Shown in pieces: positions 43,985-64,000 of a stretch of DNA of 64,000 nt. Below the pieces are notes generated by a model. It was not told the origin of the DNA and searched no databases. It was given only the letters and a program-made list of their open reading frames with translations. Origin of the DNA: the human T2T-CHM13v2.0 reference genome, Homo sapiens. The stretch lies in assembly GCF_009914755.1 (NCBI RefSeq), contig NC_060929.1; one strand, written 5' to 3'. Position 1 is the first letter of the stretch. Every line of letters begins with the position of its first letter. The position numbers and the translations under genes are program-made.

Positions 43985-44247
43985 TTACTGGTAGTGCTGA
44001 ATTAACACATATTCATCAAATATAATTGGGATCTTCATAATTTAATGTGATGAAGTCTAAAACTTTATTTTTGTGAATGAAAATACTTAGTTTTTCATGA
44101 ATTTGATGTTTTATTGAATTCATATATATGCACATATTATGTCCACTATATTTTATATGATCTTTATGAACAACAGGTTGTTAAAGTAAGGGATTTTACT
44201 TTCATTTTAGGCCAAAACTTATTAATATATTAATTGTTATTAGATTG

Positions 44248-45145
<898 letters not shown>

Positions 45146-45584
45146 TTACACAATATTTTTAAACTTTCAAAATCCCATATTTTATATTGAGTTGCCAAAG
45201 GGTTTCTAATAAAAACAACAGTGTCTTCTTTTATTAGCAGGTATTTTGCTAAATACTATGTATTCATATCTAATTCAACTGCATAAAAATTCTTGAGCTA
45301 AGTATTGTTATGATTGTCATTTTACAGATGAGAAAATAAACTAATAGAGATTCATTTTTCAGTTTATGCAATATTAATGTCATTCTCTTTTCATTAAGTA
45401 TATTGTAAAGATTTTCCTAGTTCTAATAATTGGTTTATTCTTGATTTTTAATGTTTATAACTTGTAGATTTTTTTAATTGTCAAATTTCATACTTTCATA
45501 ATTTCTTCCGTAGGTTTTTGCAATTACAAGTACTTTCTCATTCTAAAATTAGGGAAACACATTTTTGTATTGTTGTCTTATATT

Positions 45585-45587
<3 letters not shown>

Positions 45588-45626
<39 letters not shown>
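45588..45626. repeat. (TG)19 perfect microsatellite
   Basis: Read directly. Confidence 0.96.
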
Positions 45627-45627
<1 letters not shown>

Positions 45628-45727
45628 TTTCACTGTTTAACACTTTAAGCCATCTAGAATTTACTTTATTATGCATAGTAAATTTCTCTCCACTAAGTTC
45701 GTATTTTGCATTAACTGCTCAGTAAAT

Positions 45728-45963
45728 GATCTTACTACTCAAGTGTGGTCTGTGATGAGATAGGGATCTATGCCAGAATATAGGACACTGCTTCCCTCAT
45801 TGAAAGAGTCTTGACGTGAAAAAAAAAAGCTGAAGTAAACTGTGTGCTTAGTGATGTAGCTGATTTACATTCCGGCACCAGCTACTTATCTGGATACAAA
45901 TCAGTAATAAAAAGAGTTCATCAAATGGCAGCGAGTGCACAGATCACACTCTGAGTAGCCCTG
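45728..45963. mobile_element. hAT-Charlie family MITE
   Basis: Inverted ends ctactcaagtgtggtctgtg ... cacagatcacactctgagtag. Confidence 0.65.
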
Positions 45964-46820
45964 CCACATAACAGATGTGACAGTCACTGTTCAGTCTAAG
46001 TCAGTGTTGCACTAGGAAGTTGCGTGTGAGTTGCCAGAAAGCCATTATTTTTATCTTTGGCCTGAAAGGTGGTCTATACTTGCATATTTTTGTCCTTTTT
46101 GTGAAGCATGTAGACATAATCCTATGATACCATTCACTGCAAATAATAAAAGTTGTTCTTTTGTACAAATATTTAGTGGTGTCTTAGATTATTTTGTTAT
46201 ATAAATAAAGATACCATATTTTTATATACACACATACAACGTAGGCTTTTTTTCTTTAGGTCTACAAATAATTCCATTTGCGTTGTGGATTCCAACCAAA
46301 AGTAAACTAACCCTTGCATTATTGTGTATGGTTTTAGGAAAATTTAGCCTAAGTCTAAGATATTGTACAATATCTAAATTATCTGGGAAATAATAATTTT
46401 AATATACCTATTAATAGCATAATCCCGTGACCATTTTCTGACCTTGCTAAATCTGGACATTTATTGAAGTGCAGAATTTTGCACTGGCTTAGCACATTGA
46501 GGCCAAAGACTTCTGCTCCCACCTAAAGATGGAAGGCAATAATATTACTTTAGAGATGATGATTGCCAAAGCTCACACAGCTAATAAGTGCCTGAATCCA
46601 TGATCAAAGCCAAGTCCATCCAAATCCAAAGCCCATGTTATTAATTACAGTGCTCTGTGAGAAACATGGAAGAGTTCTTCTAGCTAACTTTACTCAACCT
46701 ACTTCTGGGCTGGCTCGGGATTATCTGTTCCCACTTTATCTCTTCAGCCATACTTCATTTCACACCCCCTTTCATTCTCAGCACTAGAGTTCCCACAGTG
46801 TTTCCAAAGTACCATGTTCC

Positions 46821-47021
46821 AGTGAGAGCACATAGAGACAGGGAGGGGAACAACTCATACTGGGGCTCGGTGGGGAGGAGGTGGGGAGGGAGAGCATCAG
46901 GAAAAATAGCTAATGCATGCTGGGCTTAATACTTAGGTGATGGATTGATAGGTGCAGCAAACCACCATGGCACACGTTTACCTATGTAACAAAAGGCACA
47001 TGTACCCCAGAACTTAAAAAA
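46821..47021 (+). mobile_element. About 200-bp L1PA 3' end with TSD, inserted in an L2
   Basis: gggagagcatcaggaaaaatagctaatgcatgctgggcttaatac...gtaccccagaacttaaaa; TSD taccatgttcc at 46810-46820 and 47022-47032. Confidence 0.9.
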
Positions 47022-47629
47022 TACCATGTTCCTTCACACTGCAGGACCTAAGTACATGTTGTTCCTTTACCTGGAGTATACTGACTTTTTAAGCTTAGTT
47101 TAATTATCTCCTCCTGCTCAAAGTTCATATACCCCCTCAATAGTCATGTTCTAAAGAAAGCATTCTCTATGGGTCAGTCTCTCTATTAAGCATTTTAGTG
47201 GCACCACCTCCTTCGTAAATGCACATTTGTTCATCTGTTAGATATATGCTTCATTAGGCTGTAAGCTTCAAGAGGTGAGGAACCATATCTGTTTTTGCTT
47301 ATAATGGGATTCTTAATGCATTTGACAGTGCATAAGAAATATATACCAAGAAAACCTGCTTGGTAGATATTAGGCTCTTGATATATATCAAATAAGTGAA
47401 TGACTGAACATAGTAATCTTAGTAAAGTATCATTATGCATAGATTATCAGTGAAACTTGATTCAAAACAGATGCTGTATGCATATTCAAAGGGTTTAGAA
47501 TTTTTTTTGATATTGCATGAGACTTTCAATAAAGTATCAGGTAAATTCTTATAAAAACAATATTCTGTATTTTGAAATGTACCCAAGACCACATAAATGA
47601 GACTTTATTCTGGTACACACATGCAGAAA

Positions 47630-48500
47630 TGACTACCCCAGCCCTAAAAGTGTTGCCCCTGAAGTCTTCCTATGACAGTAAATGAAGCTCCATCCTTCTA
47701 GTGGGACAACCAAAAGCCAAAGAATTATCTTTGAGTGTTCTCTGTTTCTCATAGTCCACATTCAGTTCATCAGCTGTTGACTCCACCTTCAAAATACATC
47801 CAGAATCTGATTACTTCTCACTAATTGTCCTGCTAGTTCTTTGGACTAAGCTACCAACACTTCTCATCTGGATTATTATAGTAGCCTCTTAAATAATCTT
47901 TCCTTTTTAGCCTTTGCATCCTATAGCCTGTTTTCAAATTAGATTCAGGGAGATTCATTTACAACAAAGCAAATTGCCTGGCTTCTTTACTCAGAACCTT
48001 CCAAGAGCTTCCTGGTTCACTCTGTAAAATCCCCAGCCCACACCACAGCCCACCAAGTTCTACATGTTCTAGCCTCCTTCCCTATAGCCTGTCATTCCCT
48101 TCTTACCAACTGTGCTCCAGATTCATTGCCTCTTTGTTGAAACTCAAACATAAAAGACTAACAGTCACTTTGGGGACTTGGCCTTTCCTTTGATTTCTGC
48201 CTGGAAAGTTCTCCAGAGCAGCCACATGGCTGTCTCCCATTCTTCTTTAGTTCTCCACTCACGTATCAGGGTTCAGTGAGGCCTTTCTGATAACATTTCT
48301 TAAAATTGTAAGCACAACCACTGTCTGGCCTTATTCCCCTTTGCCTTCCTTAATTTTATTCATAAAACTTCAAAATGTAACTCTCTACCCTATGTCTCTT
48401 TCTTCTGTTTGTATATAATGAGATCTTGTCTACTTAGTTCACTGTCATATTCCCAGCATGTTAGCCATTTATAACTTATGCTTGTAATAGATAGTCAAGA
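47630..48500 (+). mobile_element. L2a-like fragment
   Basis: ctccaccttcaaaatacatccagaatctga...ctcatctggattattatagtagcctctta...tctgcctggaaagttct...gttcactgtcatattcccagca. Confidence 0.8.
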
Positions 48501-49504
48501 AAATAACCAATATAGCCCTAATAGAGTTTTACATTTGTACAAGTTGAAAGAGACTGCATTAAACATATACCACTTACCCACTGATTGAGAACTTTTTATG
48601 ATAATTAGACTGTCTACTTCCTAGAGATGTTGAGTTGGGTAAAATTATATGAGTTAGGGGAAATTACTTATATTTCATTTCATTATAAAAATGTCAAGCT
48701 TGTTTTGATATGGCCAAAAATGCATATGTATTTTTCATTTTTGTTTTGATTTTTGAACCAGAGAAAAAGGTCTAATATATATAATTAAACTTTGGCATGG
48801 AGACATGGTTTTTCCACCAAGTAGGCAATTCAGGAGTTTCTTTGGAACTAAAAGGCTAATGGGGCAACAAATATGCAAAGTTACCTCCTTGAAGGCAATA
48901 AATATTTGGGGCACCTGCTAAAATTTTAAGAATTGCCAGAGTACCAAGAATACAGACGTCTTGTGACTAGTAAGCCTTTGGAATCAATAACATTTACATA
49001 CACACTTACTTCTCTGGAAATTGCGCCTGGATAGAATAGAGGGGAGGGCCAGGTTATATACCTGCTTCTTCAGACATCTGTATTTCTGTTATTGGCACCA
49101 TTATTGCTACAAGGCCTTTAGTTGAGACATCTGAGCCATCTTTAACTCTTTCTCCCCTTAGTTACTTCCATAATCTGTGGCCAAATTCTATTCATTCTTC
49201 GTCCGAGAAAGCTATCTCAACTGTCTATTCTTTCTTCTGTTATTCCTTCTGGCTTGGACTCTTGCAGTATCCACTTAACTGGTGTCGTCTCCTTTGCTAC
49301 CTCATCTTTCTAATCTACTCACACATTAAGATTCAGCTTCCTGAATTGTGGTCCTAACCTTCATGTCAGAAAACTTTATTGCCTTTCACAACTTAATGAA
49401 TGAATTTGAAATTCCTTAGCCTGAGATTCATGACTTCTATAGAGTGACTCTAGTCTATTTTTGTAACTTTACAATGGACTTCTCTATTTTATGAATGCAA
49501 ATGA

Positions 49505-50065
<561 letters not shown>

Positions 50066-50619
50066 TGATATTTACCTATATATAGGTTCCCAACTGAATA
50101 GCAATCTCTGTGAAAATATGATTCATGTCTAATACATTTTTTTCACAGCACGAAGTTGAATGTATTAGACATCATAAGTCTCCAACATATGTTGTACAAG
50201 TGAATAAACATTTGTTGTATGAATGCTCATCTGTTGGTCATCTTGAGGTGCAGGACATAAAGCAATTGAGTCCCAGAGTGGAAGAATCAGTTTGGGTCAA
50301 GGAATGCAATTGTCTTGACTAAGTAATATGATTTTATGAGAAAATATGGTTTTATTGCTACACAAATATAATGGCAGTATATTTTTCCCTTTTGGTACGT
50401 GATATTTTGAATTCCTGTTTAAGATAAACTGTATGAAAATACAATACTTCAATTATATTTCAGTTATGATGAGTCTAACTTAAAGTCTGGTTACAGGCCT
50501 GTCCAACTATTTCATCCAAATCCTAAAGTTATGAATGTGAAAGGGCCAAATCTAGCAATTGTAGTAATAGGAATATTTAATTGAAATTCTGTTAATTCAC
50601 AACAGGTATGGAAACATAC

Positions 50620-50846
50620 CTGCCAAGATATGAAAACAACCTGCATCTGTTAACAGATGAATGTATAAAGATGGATGTATAAAGAAAATGTGGTGTGTGT
50701 GTGTGTATGCATATATATATACACACACATATATATATTTCCATTATATAAACAATTCTATATATATAATGGAATATTTATTATATATGTATTACTATAT
50801 ATGTATATATACACACAACAGAATATTCATTATATAATTGGAATTT

Positions 50847-50924
<78 letters not shown>

Positions 50925-51225
50925 GGAACATTACTAAGTCTTTAAAAAGAGGGAAATTCTACTATTTGCAACAGTGTGGATGAAACTTGAGGGTATTTTG
51001 CTAAGTGAAAAAAGCCAGACACAGAAAAACAAATATTGCATGATCTTATTCATATGTGGAATCTGACAAAAACAAAGTCAAACTCATAGTAACAGAAGAA
51101 TGGTGGTTACCAGGAGCTGTAGGATGAGGGGAATGGGGAGATACTGGTCAAAGGGTACAATCCTTCAGTCACAAGATGTATAAGTACTGGAGGCCTAATG
51201 TACAGCATGATGACTATAGTTAAAG
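50620..51225 (+). mobile_element. L1MA-like 3' fragment interrupted by a (TG)/(TA) tract
   Basis: acagatgaatgtataaag...aaaatgtggt [repeat 50693-50922] aatggaacattac...gctaagtgaaaaaagccagacacagaaa...catgatgactatagttaa. Confidence 0.85.
50854..50921. repeat. Compound (TG)n(TA)n microsatellite
   Basis: Read directly. Confidence 0.95.
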
Positions 51226-51420
51226 AAGTTAGCATATGCCCCAGGAGGCATACATAGATTTGGTTACACTCTCTCAGCTTCCAAGAAGAGTCCTTTTCAG
51301 AAGTGAATTAAATTTGGCACTCATTTGCATTGATGTGCAGTAGTATATCTGCTCTAAGAAGAGAGGATATGCTCTAAGAGGAGATTAGATATACACTAAG
51401 AACTAAATAGAGACCAGTTA

Positions 51421-51663
<243 letters not shown>

Positions 51664-53061
51664 CTAAATAAGAAATGCCTATAAAGTATATCATCTCCTA
51701 AGACTTTTAGAATGGGAAATAGATGAAATAAGAATAAATTGTTATAACAGGCAAAAACCAAATATGCTCTTCTAGAAATACATTGCTCCTTAAAATGTTG
51801 AAAATTAATTTTTTTGTAGTTATTGTTGACCAACTATAATTAGTAATGGCTATCTAAATATACTGTCCCCATTGTACTCTTTAGAATTTTCTACAGCAGA
51901 TGTCACAGATATCTTCCTCTGACACAAATGCCTTGGTAAATGTTAAAAACTACCTATGTGGATAGTTGAGAGGGAAAGTGCATTATTAGACATACAGCCT
52001 TGGGCTTGAATTATTGTTCTGCCAGCTACTTAATGAATGAGCTTTGGATAAATCAATCTGTCTGTATTCATTTCCTTTATTCCTAAAATTTGGATAGTTT
52101 TTAATTTCAAGATTCATTGTTAGGGTTTGTGATACTCTAGTGTCATGGCACAATGATTGGCACAAAATACAGAGTGACTGAATAATAACAATAATTAGTA
52201 GTATTATAGTTATTTTATGAATACCTTAATGTGAAAAGGAGATTTTCAGCCTTCACTGGCCTTTCATTTTTCTGTTCTTTCTTGGAGTGATTTCATGCCT
52301 TTTAGAGGTTTTTAACCAGATTGACAGGAAGTTTACTTATCATGAAGACTTGTAGACCACTAGCACGGCTTTCGTATTTGATATTTTATTTAGACAACGA
52401 TACCACGTAGAATAATAAGCAATTTTTCCAAGTTAACTTTCATAATGAGACTTCAACCAGTATAGATGTGGCAGCTCTCCCATACCAGATTCTCTCCAAA
52501 TGTAGGTTTGGATGTTGGAGTGAGTTAGTGGAAGACGGAAAAAAATCACCCAGCAAATGAATGACCTTGGAAGAGATAGCTTTCTGTTTGCAATTCTCTG
52601 ATGTTTCTTGGCAAATGCATGTCCTAGAGTAAAGCAGGCAATCTTCCTGGAGTAGATCATCTATTAACTTTTTCATGTCACAGTTTCTCTGTGTTGGCAA
52701 GAGGCCACAGTAGTTTCACATCTCTAATTATAGCATATTTGGTGTTTCTATGATCCTATATTAGTTGATAAATCAGTAGACATTTAACAAGACATTCAAC
52801 TAAATAATTAAAGGAAGTAAAAAGAAAATATAACAACTTCTGTTCTCTGAATGCTTACATTCTAGGTAGTGGTATTATATATATATATATATTATTTAAA
52901 ATTAACCAGAAATACGAGGCAGTTCTGATATGTCTTACACACCATATATGTGAAGGGTGTAGAAGTTAAAGATAATGATAAATATGGGCTATAATTTATT
53001 GAATAATCCTTTTTAAAGGCAGAAAGTCTGTGTAAACGCAGATTAGAATGGAAGGTATTCT

Positions 53062-58076
<5,015 letters not shown>

Positions 58077-58154
58077 TAACTATGAAAATCAGATTGATAT
58101 CAGTTTACAGATATTTTGAATAATGAGATAAAGAGTGGATTTCATCCTGTAGAT

Positions 58155-58352
58155 CATTGCTTTCCAGAATTTTAAGTAAATAAGAATCATCTAAAAATGT
58201 ATCAAAATGCCATTTCTTAGACCTTACCTCTAAATATTCTATTTTAATTCGTTGGGGGCAGGCCCATGAATCTGCATTTTAACTACTCTAATGTCCTCAT
58301 GCCCTATGATTCTGATGCAAGTGGTTCATTATTAACATTTTTAGAATCTCTG
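58155..58352. mobile_element. MER5-like hAT MITE inside an L2 remnant
   Basis: agaatcatcta...ggggcaggcccatgaatctgcattttaac...gattctgatgcaagtggt...ttagaatctctg. Confidence 0.75.
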
Positions 58353-59699
58353 TTTGCCAGGGCAAATGAAAAGTTTTTGCATAGGAAACTAGCTTTTTTA
58401 TATTAATACACTCATAAGAACTAGCACCATTAAAGCATGGTTTAAGAGGCAAAGAGTTAAAGAGCAGGAGGACAATCAGGCAGACAGTACAATAATCTAG
58501 AAGTAAAAAGAATCAGCACCAATTTTGGTTGATAGCAATAGAATTGAAAAGGGGCAGATAAGTAAGTAGTAGAGGTTTAAGGAATATAGGACTAACAGGA
58601 TCCAGGCATCCATTGGCTATCCAAGAGCAAGGGATAGTGTTCCAATCCCAGTAGATAATACACTCTTTGAATGTAGGAACTGAGTCTTACTTATCTTTTT
58701 GACTACAGTTCAGCACAGTAGTGGGTTCTCAACAAGTGTATGTGCATTGTTAGATAAACCTGTAATATAATGAACGACAACGTCAAAAGGAATCTCTTTT
58801 TGTACCTCTACTTTTCTTCTTTTAACCTCTAATTTTTTACCTTGCTTTTATATAGCCTTTTGACTTGCCAGTAAAAGTAGGTTTCATTGTTTGTGCAAAT
58901 TGAAATGACTTAAAATATAAAAGGAAATATGATACAAAAATATATTGTATATCTGAATGTCTGAATTTTTTCTCCATGAACACACAATAGTGAAATTATA
59001 TAGACTTAGATATACCACTGAATTCTAAGAAATATGTAATTAAATGTCATTTTGTATAAATATAATCTACTTCCAGTAAGACATTGTAATAGTTTGTTTC
59101 TTTCTTTTATTAATGTTTCCACATAATATATGGCTTTAGTGGGAAATATTATGTCATAAAATGCTTAATGTATTCAGCATAAAAAGCCTACTCTTTTAAA
59201 ATATTACTGTTTACAAATCAGATCCTTTCCAAATTATCCAAAAAAATGAGTGAATTCATAAGGCTTCTCCTCCCTAATTCTTTGAACATCAAAAGGGACC
59301 ATCTTCAAAATCCAAATGCTTCTCCAGCTTTCCGCAGGATATCACAAAACTTCCTGGCAAAGATTTTTAAACAAGCTGAGAAGTTTTATAAGATAAAAAT
59401 ATTTTTTCAGTTGACTTGACAACCATGTACAATGTTAGTGAAGAGTTTATTTGCCCAAGGCTCTTTGTCAAAATGAATTTAAACTGAGATTATTAAAATG
59501 TAGTTCAATTGCAGTGTGAGGAGAGGTGTTGCTGATGTCTTACTTAGAGAATGTTTTCCATGCAATGCATGTGACTTGGTTACAAGGTTCTACATGTAGA
59601 GGTACATTTCTGCTAAAAGAACAGAGGCATTTAAAATTATTCAGAAAACAATAAATCATCTCCAAAAGTGAGAGTTTTGATCCAGAAAGAAAAGCACCA

Positions 59700-59890
59700 T
59701 TGTGTGGTAGTTTAGAGGTTCATCTGTGTGAGCATCAAACTGCCCGGATTTGAGTCACAGCTTCACCATTAACCTCAGCACCTTCCTCATTTGTAAAATA
59801 GAAGTCATGATAATAGATACATTATGGGAATATTGTGAGGATTAAGTGATATCATTGTCAGTGGTTAATAGAGTAGCTGGCACAGATTAA
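59700..59890 (+). mobile_element. MIR
   Basis: ggatttgagtcacagcttcacca...ttcctcatttgtaaaatag...ttgtgaggattaagtga. Confidence 0.75.
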
Positions 59891-61759
59891 GGAACACAAT
59901 TAATTGTTTTATTTCAAACCTGTAGAGTCAGGACTAAGCATTGTTTCCTGATAATTCCAGATGTGTGCTTAAAAAAGCCTGTCCCAATTTAATGATAATC
60001 TTTTCTGTTATGAGTTAAATGGCTTTAGGAAAATTTAACTACTGGTAAACAATGCTTGAATCACCAGACCTCCCCATGGCTGAAGCTAATTTCTTACATC
60101 AGAATCAGGACCAGGATCCCAAAAGGAAAATGATTATCTGGATGAGAGGTTGTAATCATCCATATTTGGAAAATCCTATTACACTATGTTGGGAAAATGT
60201 CCAAATTGCCAAATCTTGGAAGCAATCCCTCTCCTTCCCTCATTGGGACACATTATTTAGGAAGGTTTATTATTTTTGAGAAAGACTAGTTACCCTTCAA
60301 AAATAATAGCATTTGTGTATGGTTTGAAAGATTATGCCACCACAGATGGAAGAGTCAAGCACGTTCCACATGGCAAGTGTTTGTTAATTAACAGGTCACC
60401 CATTGATGTGGGCTGTAGCCAGAATCCATGGCAGAGAGGAGACAGGACACTGATGGGCTGCATTTGAACCACACAGTTAGAATTACATTAAGCCACTTTT
60501 ACTGATTTGTGATATTATGTCATATTTATAATTTCTTATTTTAACTTAATATCTAAGTAAATTCTTTTGATTGTTATTTTCTTGGTTTTTCTGAAGGGCA
60601 CACTTTCACCAAAGAAAGCAAAATACAGCAAAGTGAATTTAATATAATTAATGATAAATCTGTTTATGTATCTTTTGACAAATTAGAATCATATAATAAA
60701 ATTTCTCTGATTTATTTCCCCAGTATAGAGGATCATTATGGTCTGTCTGTATTCCAGGCACTGGTCAGGCACTACATATCATGTGATGCAGTCATCACAA
60801 CAAATCAGTCAAGGAAGTATATTTAACAAATAAGGCAACTGAGGCAGGTTTATTTATTGTTAAATTGCCTTTGGTCACATTAACAAGGGGAAGATGCAGA
60901 GATTAAATCACTTTCTACCTTCAACATCTTTTTACTCTGCCTTCTAATATTTTAATTGAACTGGTTCATACCTATTTCATATAATCTCTTATTTTTCCTC
61001 TTTATCTTCAAAGTATGAAAACATTTATCTTCCTATTTTCTCTGTTGTTTATTCTATTAATATGTGTTGCTACAGACTCTATTTGAAGAAATTAATTAGA
61101 ATAGGAAAGACAAGTATGATTCACTGGTGAATTTTTCTAACACCAAAAGTGAAAAGTAATATTCAATAATGTGTTTTAGTTTTATTTATACCAGAATTTT
61201 TATAGTTAAATTTAGCATGGTGATAGAATTAGTCTTAATTCATTAATGATATGGATGGAATTTATTTATTCCTTTCATATTATCTTCTTCCTTCAAAAAC
61301 ATATTTAATTTTAACAATTTTGATTCAAACTCATAATTCATCTTAAAAATATAGTTTGGTAGTTTTTAAAAATTTTATTTTGATTTGCAGAAACATAGAT
61401 ACTCTCATTGTAATTTCCCTTAGCAATTTCTATAACAGTTCTTTTAATTTCATGTTTTAAAACACAATATAGATATTCTTGTGAATTTTTCATTATGAAA
61501 ACAATTTTATTTAATATCTAGACCATAACAGAAAAGAGAATAATGGACTATCCTGCCATTATCTCAGGCTATGCATGTACAAAAATGGACTTTTCTCTGC
61601 TTCTTCAGTACTAACCCTCATCCACAAAAATATTTTACTGGCCTCATTTATGAGAATTCACAAGAGACTATATAATTTTTTTTCTACATGATCATTGAAC
61701 CCATGATTCAACATTGGTTACAGAGTCTCAAGAATTTGGAGAGTGAACCAAAAGTAAAA

Positions 61760-62840
61760 ATTTATAATGCAGTATAGAAAATGCTGTAACAATGTTGTTC
61801 ACAGAATCCTATGTTGTTTCCAGAAGAGATAGTACAAATGGGTGAGGTAGGGGATAGTGAAAGAAAACCTGATAGAAGTAAACTGCATTAATGTTGATGA
61901 TTAAGTAGAATTTGAGTTTGTCCAGGCAAAGGAGCTGAAGGAGAGGCACTTTAGACAGCATATGGGGTTGCAGGATGGAATTTATAGACGCCCAATGTGG
62001 AATGGTTAATCATATGAGTTCTAGAGCCAGGCACCTCAGTTCAAACATTATTACTTTCCAATTTCTCAATGTATAATCTTGGACAAGTTACTTCTCATCT
62101 GCAAAATGCATATTATAATCATTTCTACCACATTTGGTTGTTTAACTCAAGTTTATAAATTCCCTTATATGATTTATGATACCTAGAAAATGCTAAGTAA
62201 CAATTAACTGCAAGAAAATAAGAAACAACATAATGTTTGGGAAACTACAAGTCATTTGGTATTGCTGAAGTAAAAAACTAATAATGATGTCGAAGAATAT
62301 GAAGGGGATATGTATCATGTTAAAGAGCTGGAAATTGTCTTATGGATAATGAGAAAACATAGGAATGGCATAGGCAGATTGTGTTTTAAATAGATCTCAC
62401 TGGAGCAGGGTAGGAGGAGGGGAAGGGAGAATGTTGGTAAAGATTAGAGGGACAGAATTCAGGTACAATACCATAAAAATTCAAGACTTTGTATATACTG
62501 TCCTAAGGATACGATACAATAATTTTAATAGTAACTATAGGATAGAAGGGAGATGACAGTTGAGTGAAACACTTAGAAGGTAGAGTTGGCAAGGCTTGCC
62601 TCTAACAGTAAACAAAATAGAGGCTATGTGATAATTCAGGAAAGGAAAAAAATAAATGATGACTTGAAGATTCTTTATTTGGTGGAACTTAGTAGCTAGC
62701 AAAAGCATAAAAAGAGAGCAAGAGAAAAATAGAATAGAGGAGTAAGTAGAGAATTGAAAGAGAAAGTAAGAAAGGCAGTCTTTAGACGTACTAAATTGAA
62801 GGTATTTCTAGAACATCTATTTAGAAATAAGTCCGACTTT
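61760..62840 (-). mobile_element. L2 fragments with an embedded MIR (about 62000-62200)
   Basis: gttttaaatagatctcactggagcag, gatgacttgaagattcttt, gtcttagacgtactaaattgaagg; MIR core cttggacaagttacttctcatctgcaaaatg. Confidence 0.65.
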
Positions 62841-63395
62841 TAGAATAGAATTTCAACAGATTCAGGATTCATTAAAAAAAGACAAAGAAGGCCAGGATAA
62901 TTTGTGCTATATGATGTGGGAGGAAGAAGATGGTCTAATGAAAGACATAGGAAATTAATAGATTAATGAGGTTTCAAATTTGGTAAAAGATGTGTTTGTT
63001 TTCAAGTCAAATTTTGAAGAAAATTTGATTCAGGCAACAGCAAGAATCTAGTGTGGTTAAACATAAATGTATTATTTCTGAGTTTCATACATACTATTAT
63101 GCAAAGAATATATCTGTAGGTCATTTCCGTATAAAGGACCTAAACATGTCATTTTATAGGTTGATTAGGGAAATGTTTTTTATTAAATAAAAATATTTAC
63201 CTTAAATTGGGGTAACAAAATTTAAAAAGTTAACTTAATCTGAAATCTAATTTTATTTTGAAACTAATTTCCTTAAAACAAATTTGGCCCCCAGTATTTT
63301 AAGTATTTTAACCGTTATTTAACTGCAGTTATAAAAAGTTAACAAGTAACATTTACTTAGTGTAAATTTTAAAATTTTATTATATTCCAAATCAG

Positions 63396-63536
63396 CATGG
63401 GCATTAACCATGACAATGACCACCCATCGTGTGCTGATGGTCTTCATATCATGTCTGGTGAATGGATTAAAGGACAGAATCTTGGTGACGTTTCATGGTC
63501 TCGATGTAGCAAGGAAGATTTGGAAAGATTTCTCAG
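63396..63536 (+). CDS. ADAMTS19: ADAMTS19 metalloprotease-domain exon (141 nt, phase 2 to 2) with third zinc His and Met-turn
   Basis: Acceptor ttccaaatcag|, donor AG|gtatgg. AA from the previous exon plus C gives Asn, followed by [46 protein letters not shown](R). This completes HEMGHNMGINHD (HExxHxxGxxHD). Confidence 0.96.
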
Positions 63537-63607
63537 GTATGGAGGTCACTTATTGTTTTTGCCTTGTGAATGATTATGTGTGCTGTTTCTTTTTACAAAT
63601 AGAGAAG

Positions 63608-63815
63608 CCAGTGTGGCAAAGTGGAAAGGCCACCAGAGTAAAACTGAAGGTACTTGGTTCCAATCCTGGCTTTTCCATTAACTCATGGTGTAGTTTGGGA
63701 CATGTTATTTAACCCCCTGCTTTTTAATTTCTACATTTTTCAAAAAGGACAGTTAAGATTATTTGTAAGATTGAAAAATTGTTATCATGATTTTAAAAAT
63801 CTGTCACAGTATTTA
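63608..63815 (+). mobile_element. MIR just downstream of the exon
   Basis: tggttccaatcctggcttttccattaactcatggtgtagtttgggacatgttatttaacc. Confidence 0.65.
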
Positions 63816-64000
63816 ATTGCCTTTTCAATTTTGCCCAGTGGAAATATTCACACTGTTCATCACCCAGCACGTCTATTATCACGAAGATCAGGGCCCCTCT
63901 AACAAAATCTTCACTTTTCGTTTGTAATACATCTACACTTCTAATGTTTTTTCATTAATAAATAGTTTCCACCATTATCATAGCCCTTTCCATGTTCAGT

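Noticed and set aside
63410-63712. 100-aa ORF overlapping the second exon
   Set aside because: Wrong frame relative to the ADAMTS19 exon, and it runs on into intron and MIR sequence.

Overview
Human genomic DNA: AT-rich, dominated by interspersed repeats, and carrying a human-specific AluYb8. The window lies inside a + strand ADAMTS-family metalloprotease gene that I recognise as ADAMTS19. Only two coding exons fall in it, 39327-39432 and 63396-63536. Together they encode the catalytic zinc-binding motif HEMGHNMGINHD and the Met-turn, and they are separated by a 23,963-nt intron. The rest is intronic: a full-length but dead L1PA7/8-like element, a 5'-inverted (twin-primed) L1PA holding a second nested L1, old L1M/L2/MIR fragments, twelve Alus, two LTR relics, DNA-transposon fossils and microsatellites. 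Nearly all entries in the ORF track are repeat-derived or spurious, and the track misses both real exons. I found no evidence of a new gene or multi-gene system. The most unusual structures are a perfect 36-bp palindromic, CpG-rich VNTR at an L1 tail, an inverted self-templated patchwork insertion near 12.6 kb, the nested inverted L1, and the repeat architecture around the catalytic exon. Repeat subfamily calls are from recalled consensus sequences, and boundaries of old repeats are approximate.
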